The position numbers and the translations under genes are program-made. Under the pieces are notes generated by a model. It was not told the DNA's origin and made no database searches. It worked only from the letters and a program-made list of their open reading frames with translations. A DNA stretch of 64,000 nucleotides from Octopus vulgaris (lineage: Eukaryota): positions 25,234,001 to 25,298,000 of the forward strand of contig OX597814.1 of the NCBI GenBank assembly GCA_951406725.2, read 5' to 3'. Below are positions 26,871 to 40,394 of the stretch, one piece after another (the first letter of the stretch is position 1; each line of letters begins with the position of its first letter).

Positions 26871-28096
26871 TACGTTCAAGGTACGTATTGAGATCAAACT
26901 GAAAGCTATGTTTGTTTTTTAAAGTCCTAATAACTCATCTTTTCATACTCTCTAAGAACATTTTAATTAACTATTTGAATGGCTTGGGGTAACCTATACC
27001 TTATGTATCTAATATATGTTACTATTCCTTATTCAGTTTAAACCAGTAGAGTCACACTATGGTTGTTGATGTGATGAGCATTTACAGTCTGTCATTATTT
27101 TAAACCTCATTGCTATCTAATCTATATATGCTTGAAGGCTCTAATAGCTAAAATACAATATTACTTTGTCTTATTAAACTAAGCTGTATATTTATTCTCA
27201 GTCTCTTGTATAATTTTAATATATTCTCTCTCACTCTTTCAATAGTATTTGCCAAATATTAAAATATAGCAGCAATGCTGTTGTTTATACAGCAAATTCT
27301 GAAAATTTAAATTAGCAATTGCAAAATGATTATTTCAGAGAAAATGCAATTTTTCTCCTTTGAAATAATCTGGGCTTTAATATAACAGGTAATTTTACAA
27401 ATATAGTCATAAGATCTGTCAGTGGAAAAAGAAAATCAATAAATATTTAGGAAAACCAATAAACCATTATATTCTCAATAACTAAGGCAAAGATAAAAGA
27501 AGTAGAAAAATAATAGTTTCAAATGAAATTTCGTTAAATTAGATAAACTGTAATGGATTAATGTGAAAATGTTTATTTTAACTGTAGTTTGTTTATGTTA
27601 TAGGAAAGTTGTGTATTTCCTTTATCCACTTGAAAATATTTATATTAGTTACTCTTTTCTGGAATTTCTATTCTGCTGTTTAAATTTATAAAATAAATAC
27701 TTTTCTTAACATTTATTTCAAATAAACTCACCATAGCTCACAATTCTTTAGAGAAAACATTACTAATTCTCATTATTATTCAATTTCTAAACCAGTAATT
27801 TGCTGTTGTATTTCATTGTTTGGGCATTTATCTATATATATCTTATTTATTTTATGGTATAATGCATAAGCGTGGTATTACACATTACACTATCTCTTAA
27901 AAAATCTGATACTAATATGCTAACTTTGTAGAATATATTTTTTACACATCTGGTTGACACCTAAAAATTATTTAAATTAGTTGAAAACAGTTTAAAGCAG
28001 ATATAACACTCTCTTAACTTGGCTAATATGATGGAGTAGATGTAGTAGTTTCTATCTTCTTACTCTTTCTTTATTTATGACTGAGTTATATAGATC

Positions 28097-28370
28097 TCAC
28101 TAGACATTGATAAAAGATACACATATGTATGCAGATAAACACACATGCACACAAGTATATATGCCCACGCATACCTACATACATTATGTGAAGGTACATG
28201 GCTTATTGGTTAGGGCATTTGGTTCCTGGATATCAATATAAGTTTGCTAGTTTCTGCTGCATCAGAAAAACAAGCAGAGTATCAAGTCTGAAATTTCTTG
28301 TAAAGAACCTTGGAAAGAAGCTAAAAAGTTGATTTCTGCAAGATTTGAACCCAGAAACTTAACAGAATAT
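28097..28370. repeat. Composite local duplication: inverted copy of 30610-30742 joined to direct copy of 29028-29172
   Basis: Direct comparison: about 4 mismatches in 133 bp and about 4 in 145 bp; CTGG shared at the junction. Confidence 0.93.
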
Positions 28371-30349
28371 TCTTATTTATCATGTAGTAGCATCAAGACA
28401 GTCATCAGTTATAGTGTTACAGTTGTAACACTAAAATTGATGATGTTTTTGTGAGTCTGAATTATTGAGTTTATTCACATAACTGTGAAGCAAACTTTTG
28501 AACCACACATCCATGTCTGCATCTATAGGACTATATATTTCAAATTCCTTAATCCTATTAGTCCTGAGCATAAGGAGATAACTAGTGTTTGTACCCAAGT
28601 TCCACCTCCAAGATCCATAGCATACATGCTTTACATAAAAAAAGTTTAACTGAAAACTACTATGCAGTAATGTCTAGAAACTGAAAATATCAGGAATTGG
28701 TAATCTGGGAATTTAGTACCAATATTGTATCACCAATACCATTTGAAATCATTTATTTTCAAGTGATTCTAAGTCATCCTTTCGATATGTTTCATTGAAT
28801 TCTCATTGATCTTCAGCTGAATCTTCCTAACTTTGAAGAATCTTGTCAGTTGTAAATAATCTATACCTCTATCGCTATTTCCTAAAAGTGTTCAGGAATG
28901 AAGAGCTTCATGATAAAAAAAAAAAAAATTGGGAAAATACTGAAAAGAAAATCTAAAATATATCTATCAGTAGGGAAGCATTTGTGAACAACCTCATCCT
29001 TATTGACTGATATATTTTTTAGTTTGACTGGATGTTAATATAAGTTTGCTAGTTTCTGCTGCATCAGAAAAACAAGCAGAGCATCAAGTCTGAAATTTCT
29101 TGTAAAGAACCTTGGAAAGAAGCTAAAAAGTTGATTTCAGCAAGATTTGAACCCAGAAACTTAACAGAATATGTTGTGTTATTTTGCCCGATGTTAGCCC
29201 AATTTTGACTTGTAGATATTAATAATAATGATGATACCTCAGTGTATCTGAATATTCTCATGATATTTATTTTCAGTTCTCCTTTCAGGCATTTTCATCA
29301 ATTAAAGAATTTATCAAAATTCAGTTATTTCTAGCAATTGAACAAATGTAATGTTGAACAAACATAACTCTGGGAACAACATGGGCACTTTCATTTGTTT
29401 CTTTATTTTCTAAAACGCTATCCAGAAAAATTTATATTTGAATCAAAATGGAAATAGCAGACTAATGATGTCCAGTATAAAGATAAATGAAAAAAAGGCA
29501 AACTCTATCTAATTGATAAATTACCCTATTTCCAGAACACAAATATCATGGCCACTACTGAATTCATTTTGAATTGATTCGCCAAATTCAAGGAAGAGAA
29601 ATAGTTTGGTTACAATAGGAACCACTTAAGTAAGTAATTACTAATTCTATTAACATAAAGTCTTTCGGGAGTTAATAAGTTTATATTTTTTAATAAAATT
29701 CATTAAAAAGTCTGTTAGTTTTCTATGTTAGATTCATTATTGCAAAATCAAATAGTACTCACCATAATGAAGAAAAACCTCTGTGAAATTAGAGACTTCA
29801 GCACAAAAGTCTGATAGCTTTGTCAGATGTGAATTAGTAGTGCTTTTGTAGCATGGATTTTAATAGAAATGTTTCATACTTCCTGTAAAATAGATTATCA
29901 GGAATCTTAATGTCGGTTCTTTTGACAGTAAACCATGTGACAAAGGGGCTTTTGTGGCTAAGCAAGATAAATAATTATTTTTGCTGGAGTCTGAAATATT
30001 GAAATAAAGATTAGCATGATATTATATTACCATTTTAAGATTCAAAATATTAAGCTACTAAGAGGATTTCTTTTGCATATCCAAATTTTAGTTGAGAAGA
30101 GTAATGTATTAGTATTTCAATAAACTTGACATGTGAGCAATTGTTTTATTAACTTACCAAATAGACACAAAAGCATAGTTGACTAGTGCAAGCATTTAGA
30201 GAATAATTTACAAGTAGAAGCTTCTGGGATCCAATCTCACTATGCAGTAACACCTTGGTCTCATGTCATTTATCATAGCCTCAGATTGAAATTTTAGCCT
30301 CTGAGTGAAATTTTATAGATGGATAGTGCAGAAACTAATCAGATAATGT

Positions 30350-30652
30350 TTGTAACTGACACTCTATCAGTTACAATGATGAGTGTTTCAGTTGATTTGA
30401 TCAATGGAACAGCCAGCTTGTTAGATCAACATACAAGTAGCTGAGCACTCCACAGACATGCATACTCTTAATGTAGTTCTCAGGGAGATCAGCATGATAT
30501 AGAATGTGACAAGGCTTGCCCTTTGAAATATAGGTACCACTCATTTTTGCCAGCTAAGTGGAGTGGTGCAATGTGAAATAAGTGTCTTTCTCAAGGACTC
30601 AATGTGCCACCAGGAACCATATACCCTAACCAATAAGCCATGTACCTTCACA
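30350..30652 (-). mobile_element. tRNA-derived SINE (family C-related head, B-box region deleted)
   Basis: gtgaaggtacatggcttattggttagg...cttgagaaagacacttatttcacattgcaccactccacttagctggcaaaaatgagt; compare 57122 and 59664. Confidence 0.8.
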
Positions 30653-31756
30653 TAATGTATGTAGGTATGCGTGGGCATATATCCTTGTGTGCATGTGTGT
30701 TTATCTGCATACATATGTGTATCTTTTACCAATGTCTAGTGATGAAAGATATAAGCGCATCAATGAATAAACTGAAAAAAATTAAAATCACTGCTCTTCA
30801 AGTCATTTGTAAGATTTCTTTTGCATCTTGTCATTTCATATTTCAGTCAGAAATGCAGTAAACCAGCAATTGACTTTTGGAAATCTGTAAAACTATCAAT
30901 GCTATTGTTCACCAACTGTGACAAAAAGTTTAATAACAAAAAAAAAAAAACTTTAAATTCACAAAACTGAGATAAGAAACTAGACAGCAAAACATCCTGT
31001 TGAAGATGGACTTGGTTAGAGTGCAACATTTCTTGTTCTACCACATTTATTGTAGGTCATGTGCAACCCAATGCAGCGTTTGGGACAGTAAGGTTATTAA
31101 TGTTTAGATGTTTCTATGTGTATGTGTTCCTTATTCTTGTTTATGAAAGATGTTTCTAAAAATGTTTTTGTAAGAGTGTTCTGCAGTGTTACATAAATGT
31201 GCACAGATGTTTGCAAGTGATTTTTTTGCCTATAGTGGAAGGGACTGTGGAGGATAAAGTTTTCTGTGGTAACAAACTGCCTTTTGTAGCCAGTTTTTTT
31301 TCTCTACAAACGTGATCTATGTATGAAACATGCATAGGGCACACTATTTTGTGCATGTTATAATTTATTACAGTTTGTGGTGGGAACACTAAGGGCCCAG
31401 ATAGTGTAATCATAGTTGTTAATAGATCTATTGTATAGTTTGTACATTATTGTTATTATTTCTTTCAGTTAGCTTAATGTGATATTTGTTATTGCTCTAA
31501 GAATGTTTGTGTGTTATTTTGTTTTATTTACAATGTTTTCTATGTGTGATCTGAGTGTTATGAGAGATGGATAAAATTTCTCCATGTACTTCTGTCTTCT
31601 GTGCATGTGTGTGTGTGCATGCATGCAAGTGTGTACAGTAGGATTATGTTACTCAATATGATGGTTTTTATGCTCTTTAATGATTCTGTTAAGAAGTGAG
31701 ATATGAATTAGTAGGTAGTGCTTTTTAAGTTTGTTATAGTAGAACCACATTTTTGA

Positions 31757-32038
31757 ATGATTTAAATAGGCTTGGAATATTTGTGCAACAGTGACTAAAG
31801 AATTGTGATGTATGTGGATAAAGAATTGTGATGATTTAAATAGGTCTGGAATATTTGTGCAACAGTGACTAAAGAATTGTGATGTATGTGGCTAAAGAAT
31901 TGTGATGATTTAAATAGATCTGGAATATTTGTGCAACAGAGACTAAAGAATTGTGATGTATGTGGATAAAGAATTGTGATGATTTAAATAGGTCTGGAAT
32001 ATTTGTGCAACAGTGACTAAAGAATTGTGATGTGTGTG
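31757..32038. repeat. Minisatellite, 74-bp unit x ~3.8
   Basis: Units start at 31757, 31831, 31905 and 31979; each full unit contains taaagaattgtg twice. Confidence 0.95.
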
Positions 32039-32041
32039 AGT

Positions 32042-32246
32042 TTAACCATTTATCCTGTCAAATGTCATGCTTATTTATTAATATATTTTGAAATATTCTT
32101 GCATTATCTTTTAGATTTTGATGAGGTGACTTAATTTTAGAATGATGTGGTAGGGTTGATATGAGAGGCTAAATCAGGCCAGTTTGAACATAAAATAGGT
32201 AGAATATTTGGGCAGGATATGGTCTGTTTAAATACTAAAGGGTTAA
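32042..32246. mobile_element. piggyBac-type MITE (TTAA target, CCC/GGG termini)
   Basis: ttaaccattta...ctaaagggttaa; second copy at 36012-36238. Confidence 0.75.
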
Positions 32247-35200
32247 TATCACCCTTGTATGAAGGAGTCTGTATATTGTTGTGAAAATAATAGAAAGCTG
32301 GTTAGATATATCTTGAAAAGCCTTGGCAAGTATATGGATCCCTACAGTATTCCATTCAGGAAACTAGAAGTTCTGAAAATACTGTTCTTGAAATATAGAC
32401 TTAGCAATGTGACAGATATTTAACTAGCCAGTGGTTCTTGTTATTTCTTAAGGTGATGTTGAATAACATCTTAAGAGTGGGTAGCTGGGAATGGAGTCAA
32501 AATTATTGCCGATGTCAGCAGTTTTAGAATGGCATGTATGGAAGGTATCCTTTTGAAGTCATTATGTATTTTCTGTGTTAGTTCTGTGAGTAGTGTGGTG
32601 GTTAAGTGAATTGGTCTGAATCTACTGATTTGGAGAGAGGGTTGTATGGTTTGTGAAGGCAAAAATTAGTGCTTCTAAACTTTCTGAGGTTATGCATAGA
32701 AGGGAGAGGGATTTATTCTGGTGTTAGTTAGGATTTTGATTGGCTTCAGAATTTTTATGATTTTGATCAACTTCCAGAATCTGGGAATAATTCGATAGTG
32801 TTAGTACAAATAGTTAGAGAGATATTAATGACTGTTGTGATTCCTTCTGGCCCTAGGTGGTTAAGGATATGTTTGTAATTTTGTCTACTCCATAGATTTA
32901 TGAACTATTAGATTTTACCATTGATTTTTTTGGTGCCTGATTGAAGGAAGGGGGTCAATTTGGCATCTAAGGAGAAGGTGTGCATTTTTCAATTTGGATT
33001 CCAACCTTCTGTGTATGGTTTTTAGCAGCTGATTTTCTAGAAATGCCTAATAAGAGTTTTAAATTAGTACTTCAGTGTAAGTATATTATTTGAGATTGTT
33101 ATTGTAACATAGGGTGCGATGTGGCAGTTGTTGATGCTGCTAATGACTCTATATAGTTTTTTGTTGTACCTTTTGTAGTTTATGTTGGACACAAATATTA
33201 GCCATTCTTTTGTTGTATAGTATATTTTTTTCATTATCTCTCTTTTCAGATGTTTGATGTTAAGTTTTATTTCATTTGTATTGTGTTTTAGGCTCTCCCT
33301 GATATTTATGAGGTTAGTTATTTCTGGTTGGTATGTAATTGCGATTATGTATTATTTTATATATTGCTTTGTAGGTTATGTTCTCTGGATATGTCTATAA
33401 TTATTTTATTGAGTATTGTACAGCAGTGTCTCAACTAGTTTGTGCTGATGATGAAGTCTGAAAAACCTTGATTCTGTTTCTTGATTGAACACATTTAATT
33501 TTTTTTTTTTTTTTTTTTAAATTTCCAAAGGTGTTTTTGATTTATTCATTAATGTGTTAGTGTGTTGTAATGATAATTGGTAGGTAGTTTGAGGAAAGTT
33601 CAGGGATTGTTAGTCAGGTGGCTGTGGTAGATAGGTGTGTGGACCAAAAATCTATGTCTTGAAAAGAGTTGTTGTTGACCTGGTGGAGTTTGTGTGTGTA
33701 TTTAAGTAGGTCATTCAGGATATAAAGGAAGTTTATTTGTGATGCTATTATGCTATCTCCATTTTGTCTGTATTATATAAAAAACCCAGGAAGTGGTGAG
33801 TACATTGAAGTCTCCTGTAATTATGGAGTCTATAAGAGTGATACAGTGTTATAATGGTAATGTCAGTCGTATATACATATGTGTGAGTGCTATGTTGGTT
33901 TGTATTTCAAAGTCTATGTTTCTAGTGAAGTGTCAGCACCTATCAATTCATGAAAGTCATTTGTGATATTTATATACTGAATCAAGTTTTTCTATATGTA
34001 TTATAATACCACCCCTGCTGTATGCTAATCAGATCTGAGTATAGTTTGGAGTATAGAATTTTCTGTAGTGAGGAAATAAGAATGTTTCTTATGTGAATGT
34101 TGTGTGTGAAGATAAAATCTTTTAATACAATAAAATTGATTTTAATGTGGATAATATATAACAAAATGTTTTAAAAATCATGTTTACAAAGTTTATTATT
34201 ATGTGAAGTGTATATGTTATCAATGTATTCTGCATACACTTGTGATGTTGGGAAGAGAGAAAGAAATGACTCTTGTCTTTATCATTGCTGTTGTTGTTGT
34301 AATTGTTATTTTTGCTGCAATGTCTTGCATTTTTCTGGAGTATTTGTAATATTTTTTTTTTTGTATTTGTATAAGTATTTTGGTGACTTCTGAAGATACT
34401 TACATTATTGGTGTTTTTGAGCCACTTCATGAAAATTTATTGTTCTCTGACAGCAGTCACTTGTGTTGGGAAAAATATTTCTGTGTCAAAAAATTCTTTT
34501 GTTTGGCATTCAAGCCTTGGCCTTCGCATGCTACCATTTCTTGGATGATAAGTTACTGCACAGATATTTCCTTATTCATGTATTTTACCAGGGTGTTTTT
34601 AAAGTTTCTCTTGTAAAATACACACAGATGATTTATCACTTTTTCAAAAAAGTTAGTAAAAGCTAACAAAAGAGGAAATCTCATGGAAAAATTAAGAGGC
34701 AAAAATACCCATGGGAGAGGAATGACTTTCCAAAGGCAACAGTGATGGGGCCAAAACAAAAATAGCCTTAAGAAGGAATTGAAATCAAATTTTTGCATGT
34801 GTAGAATAGTAAACAGTTTCTATATTTTCTTTAATGTTATTAAGAAAGGTTAAACTGACTGTTGTAAACAATCAAGCTATCTGACTGCTGTCATAAAAGG
34901 TGAACCCTTACTATATCAACCTTTGTTCCTAATACCTTGAGACAGATTTTCGTCTTTCAACAGTAGCTTTAGGAATATTATGATAAAGCCCTCATCCTTT
35001 ATTGATATATCCATGCTACACTAACATGGTAGATTATCAGGATCTACATCTTCATCTTTTACTATCTCATCTCACGTGAGGATTCTGTCATCTTAAGTCT
35101 AGCATTTTCAACCGATTTGTTCAATATATGAATATATATCAAAATCAAAGCTTATGGCAAGGCCTAATCTTGTACAAGAGAAATCTCATTAATAACTGGA

Positions 35201-36011
35201 AGCAGAAGAAATGAATAATTTTAATCTATGACAGTTTCTATGTCTATCCTTTTGTGGAACACAAAAGTCTGTCAAATACACAATCAATTGTGAGTAATTT
35301 GCATTATAGAGGATCAATAGAGAACAATTAGAAAGCGTTCCATTCTTCACTAATCAGCAACGAATGATAGAATTCTCATAATTATTATGAGTATTATCCT
35401 CAGCTTCCGGGTCATAAGATCACATCCCACTGCGAGCATTGTGTTACATGGGTTTGGAAAGACACTTAACTCTACTTGACTAACGATTCATTCCTATTTA
35501 AGAAATTCTCATTAATATCAGAGATTTCTGTTTTCTCAATCATCATCATCATCATCATTATCACCATCATAACTCTTGATCTTCTTCATCTTAATCTTCT
35601 TTTTCTTCTCTTTCTTCTCATCTTGTCTTTCTTCTCCTAATCTTTCTTTTCTTACTCCTCCTCTTCTACTTATTCTTCTTCTTCTTTCTTCACATTCCCA
35701 TGTTTTCATCATAATCATCATCTTCAGCTTTATATTCTTCTTCTTCTTCCTCTTCTTCCAACCTAACCTGAGAAGCCATCCTCCAGGAAGTAAATTTTGA
35801 CTTTCTTTGTGCAGGTAATAGGTGCATCAAATGCAAAACTGTGCAACAAGAGAAGAAGGATAAGTACAGTATTGCACTCAGTTTGATTCATCAACCACAA
35901 GAAGAATTAAGCAATATAGAGAAACAATATACAGTCTATGAAAATCATATGTGTATGGATATGCTGTTGAAGTAGTTCTCTTGGAGCTATCTAAGTGATC
36001 TATGAACTGCT

Positions 36012-36238
36012 TTTACCCTTTAGCACTCAAATTCTCTGTTAAATGTAATTTCTATTTATTCACAATGTTTTGAATTAATCATGCATTATCTTGTAGCTTT
36101 GGGATTTCTATGATATCATTGTTTACTTTTAGAATGACATTGAAAAGTAGGTGTGAGAGGTTGAATCTGGCCACTTCCAACTTAAAACAGGTAGAATATT
36201 GTGGCCAGATGTGGCCCGTTTAAATCCTAAAGCATTAA
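36012..36238. mobile_element. piggyBac-type MITE, second copy
   Basis: tttaccctttagca...ctaaagcattaa; body colinear with 32042-32246. Confidence 0.75.
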
Positions 36239-36513
36239 GGCATGTCAGAAAAAAAAGCAGACACTAGCAACAGTTTTCCTAACTGTTTGGAAGTAATGTT
36301 GGATTGAGGATGGTGGACCTTAGTGCCTATCATGATTATACAGCTGGCCATGATTCTCATAAAGGGAGGTGGATTATTACAAGAGTTAATAATGCCAGGT
36401 TAGATACAGATGGTAATGAGTAACTGTTGGTAAATCTAGTGACTCTGTGCCTTTGTTATAAATTAATATTATCCTCATGATGACATGTTGATTCAGTTGG
36501 TACCCCAAATATA

Positions 36514-37764
36514 TTGGGTCATCCCATAAATAATGTGTATTTTTATACTTCTTTTATTTTTCAAAATAAAGATAAACAAAGTTTTTTTAATCTAAAGTAT
36601 ACTCTCCTTCATTTTCTAGAATGCTCTTCCATCTATCTGGTAGACTTGCAAAGCCCCTCTTCCAAAATTCACTTGTCTGTGATGAAAAATACTCCTCCAG
36701 TACTGTTCTGACCTTGCCTACAGAATTCATATTTTTCTATCTAAATGATTTTGAAAACTGTGGAATAAATGATAATCAGATGGGGCGATGTCAAGTGAAT
36801 ATGGTGGGTGGGGCATCGTTTTCCATCCAAATTGCGCCAGCCTTCAGAATGTCATCCTCGCTGTATGTGGCTGAACATAATCTTGATGAAGGAACACATT
36901 TCATCTTGAAACCAAAAATGGTCGTTCTTCTTCTAGCGCTGACTTAAGCTGCTCAAGCTGCTCGCAGTAGAACTCCTTTATTATCGTTTGATTTGGGTTT
37001 AAAAGTTCAAAGTGGACTAAACCTTTCATATCCGACCAAACAGATAATGTGGGTGAAGACCTTCCTTAGCCTGGGGTGCTAGTGTTTCTTCTTTCTCTAC
37101 CCACTGTCTTCAGTGCTTGACATTTTTATAGAGAACCCTTTTCTCATTACCAGTCACTATTCAGTCTAAAAATTGTTCATTCGGGAGGCATGACAACAAA
37201 GAAGAGCACACATTCACTCTCTGCACTCGATTAAACCCGAAAAGTTTGTGAGGAACCCATTGATCCTATTTGCTGACTTTTCGATGGCATGCAGGTGTCA
37301 ATGAATTGTTGAATGACCAAATCCAAGCTTCTCTTGCTAGTTCCTCAACAGCGACAATGGGATTTTGTTTCACCAGGGTTTGCAAGACGTCCTCATTGAG
37401 CTCTACAGATCTTGCAGGATGAGGCTCGTTTTCTAAGCTGTAGTTTCCGGCTTAGAATTTCTGGAACCACCATTGATGCTAGCTTACGCTTATTGTACAA
37501 TCCCCATATACTACATTAATATTCTTTGCACTTTCCATTGCCTTTATTGAACTCATAAAGCAAAATATGCCAAATATGCTCCTTTTTCACTTCCATTATA
37601 GCTTTGAAAAAAATAAATGTTAAAATCAAACTGTACTCTTCATAAACACAAGGTAAAATTGCTACCTGCTTTTATAGCAAGTTGATACAGGTAGTTTATC
37701 CTGTCTCCCTCCAACTTTTAGTTCATGCAATTGAAAAAACTGCATCGTTTATGGGATGACCCAA
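36514..37764 (-). mobile_element. Mariner transposon (second family), full length, dead
   Basis: TA-ttgggtcatcccataaa ... tttatgggatgacccaa-TA. Minus MEVKKEHIWHILLYEFNKG and PYSLDIAPSDYHLF. Confidence 0.94.
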
Positions 37765-39385
37765 TATCATGTGATTCAGTATGTACCATAGTACTCTTTT
37801 TATGAATTTAAAATCAAATGCTCTATTTCCTTAGCTACTTTACCATGGCAAATTTTCATATTTAATCATATCATTTGCTAAGTAAACAGATAGCAGATAC
37901 GACCATAACTATTGTAACTCAACATCATGCTTTTCTTCCATCACCACCCCTCTTTCATTCTCTCTCTCTTTATTTATCTATCTATATATATATCAATCTA
38001 TCTGTCTCTTTTCCTCAATATTTTTTCCTGACCAGTTATCAATATATTTCATATAGATGAAAGAAACAATTTTCATCATATGCTTAACTTTGCTAATTTG
38101 AACTAAACTTTCTCGAGAAATTTTCACAAGTAACACTTCCTATTTGAAAAGCAACAGCCATGCAATTAAATAGCCACAACCATTGAGCACATAAGCATGT
38201 ATTCAAACCCTTTTGTAGTAATTTTGTAGAGTTTGGTGAAAAAATGTACAACTTTTTGTTATCTTAGTGTAGCTGGTTGACAAACAACTATACTCATACT
38301 TTATAGTTGAGAAATTAGTGAAGGCATCCGTTTGGGAAAACAGCTGTTTGAAAATTTTAAACTTCATGCCATACAAGCAAGCTTGAAGAAATTTATGTGT
38401 GAAACTGAAAACAATTAACAAATTGAAAGGAGGCTGTGTCACAGGCTTTGCTTTCGTTCAATGAATAAATACAATGTAGGACTCTTTTGTCATTCCACAT
38501 AGAGTGCTGGTGCTGGTAGCATAACGTAATGCACCTGGGTTTTGGAAAAGTTTGGAATAAGAAGGTTCACAACATGTAATTAGATGAAGGAACATAGCGA
38601 GACAAAGGAGTAATAAAGTGCAAGCAGTACACTTTGTAAAGTGATTGATTGATGGAAGAAAGAACATCCAGTCATTGAAGCCATGCCAAACACGAAGCTA
38701 AGAAATAAAATGCAGACTGAAAAAGTCATAGTACAGGCAATAATTCCAGACTTGAATAAAAATTGTTTCAGAGCAGAAATGAATTTTTAGTCCTTTCACA
38801 TGGGAAAATCCCTTTAGTGCTGGGGAAATGACAAAAACATGTAGTCTACACTTTTGAGAAATACAAAACAACTATGTTGACCAGTTGTCTTTGTTGCTGT
38901 GGGTGAAAGCAGAATACAATGAGTGATGATATCCATACCAGCATGAAATAATAGATATCAAATAATAACAACGATGATGGTAATGAAAAAGGATGTTGTT
39001 GTTGTTGGTGATAACAACATTCTGGGCAATAGCATCCATTAATTTCTTCTAGATTTTCCTATGTCACATTCATATCCTGACCTCCTGCAAGTCCTGCAAG
39101 TCACAGTTTATATGATAATAAATGAAGAGCAAATTTTGCTCAAAGCAGGCATAGTGGGTGAGAGGCTTCAAATGTTTGAATGGTTTATTTGAAAAAAATG
39201 ACTTAATTAAATTATTTATTACATAACCATTTCTATAAATGTAAAAGAAATGGATTTCATTCTTAAAATATAACACAATTTGTACATTATCATCTTTCTG
39301 AAAATTTTATTTTTATTTCTGTATAACCAAATATACCATTATTTGCAACATGTTTTACAAACCTGTGCTCACACACACACACGCG

Positions 39386-39416
<31 letters not shown>

Positions 39417-40344
39417 ACACACACACACCAAGGTACAGTCTCATGCATATATAGCATAAAGAGATCTGTTAATAAAATAAAAACTAAAAATACATTTTGA
39501 ATCTATTTCTTTGCTACTTAGAAGAATTTAAAAGAATCAATTAATACCAGAACATTTTCTTTATTTATTTAACCCTCTACCTGCTTTCTCTGTCTGTCTG
39601 ATTGACATCTGTCTGTCTGTCTTCTCTCTCTCTCTCTCTCTTTTCTATAAAACAACTTAATGAATATTGGTTTTAATAGGCAATTGAACACTTGGCTGTT
39701 AGGCAATACTACTTGAGTTTAGTGAAATGATAGCTGTTGATTAACAAGTAAAGTATATACTACAAGAGTTTTAATTCAGACAATATCAATATCTTAGATA
39801 TTTCTTCTTCAGTTGATTTACTACTTTTACTGCAGATTTACTTCTCTGAAATAATCTAGTTATTTGTTTGCTTTACCTCTCAAATTATAATTTTATTTCA
39901 CATTTTTCTTTCTTTTTATTTCACTCTTATAAAATATTTGCAGATTCTATTCTGATGTTGTTGTGTATATTTTTGGCTTAATTTTATTTTGTAGACGAAA
40001 ACATTTTACATTTTTTTTTTTTCATTTTTTTTAAATTTTATTTTCCATATTTTTTCTCCTTTTCCTTTTCCTGTCACACTCACGCAGTATCATTTGTCTC
40101 TCCCTGCCTTATTTTGTAACACTTCCATTTATAAATGTTGCTTTTCTTCTAGATCAGCTTCCTGTTTACACATCCACTCACTCTTTTTCCTCTCTCAGTT
40201 CTTTTTCTTTCTCTTTACCCTTGAAGGAAATTTATTCAACAAGAGAAGATATGGTTTTATTAACAAGAAATATTTTAATTCCCAAGAAATCGTTATTATT
40301 ACTGTTATTTGTTTTCACTTTATTTATTAATCCATTTATTATTA

Positions 40345-40394
<50 letters not shown>

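Larger units (their letters stand above)
31020..34200 (-). mobile_element. Degenerate APE-RT LINE (Jockey/I group)
   Basis: Minus motifs: IITGDFN (endonuclease, ~33805-33825), LNHLGPEGI, IPRFWKLIKIIKILKP, RFRPIHLTTTLLTELTQKIHNDF (RT). Confidence 0.8.

Noticed and set aside
31757-32038. Regularly spaced repeats resembling a CRISPR array
   Set aside because: The intervening sequences are repeated rather than unique, the context is eukaryotic and there are no cas genes.
35815-35975. Open frame NRCIKCKTVQQEKK... after a tgcag acceptor
   Set aside because: No convincing donor or partner exon, and it lies next to a low-complexity tract.
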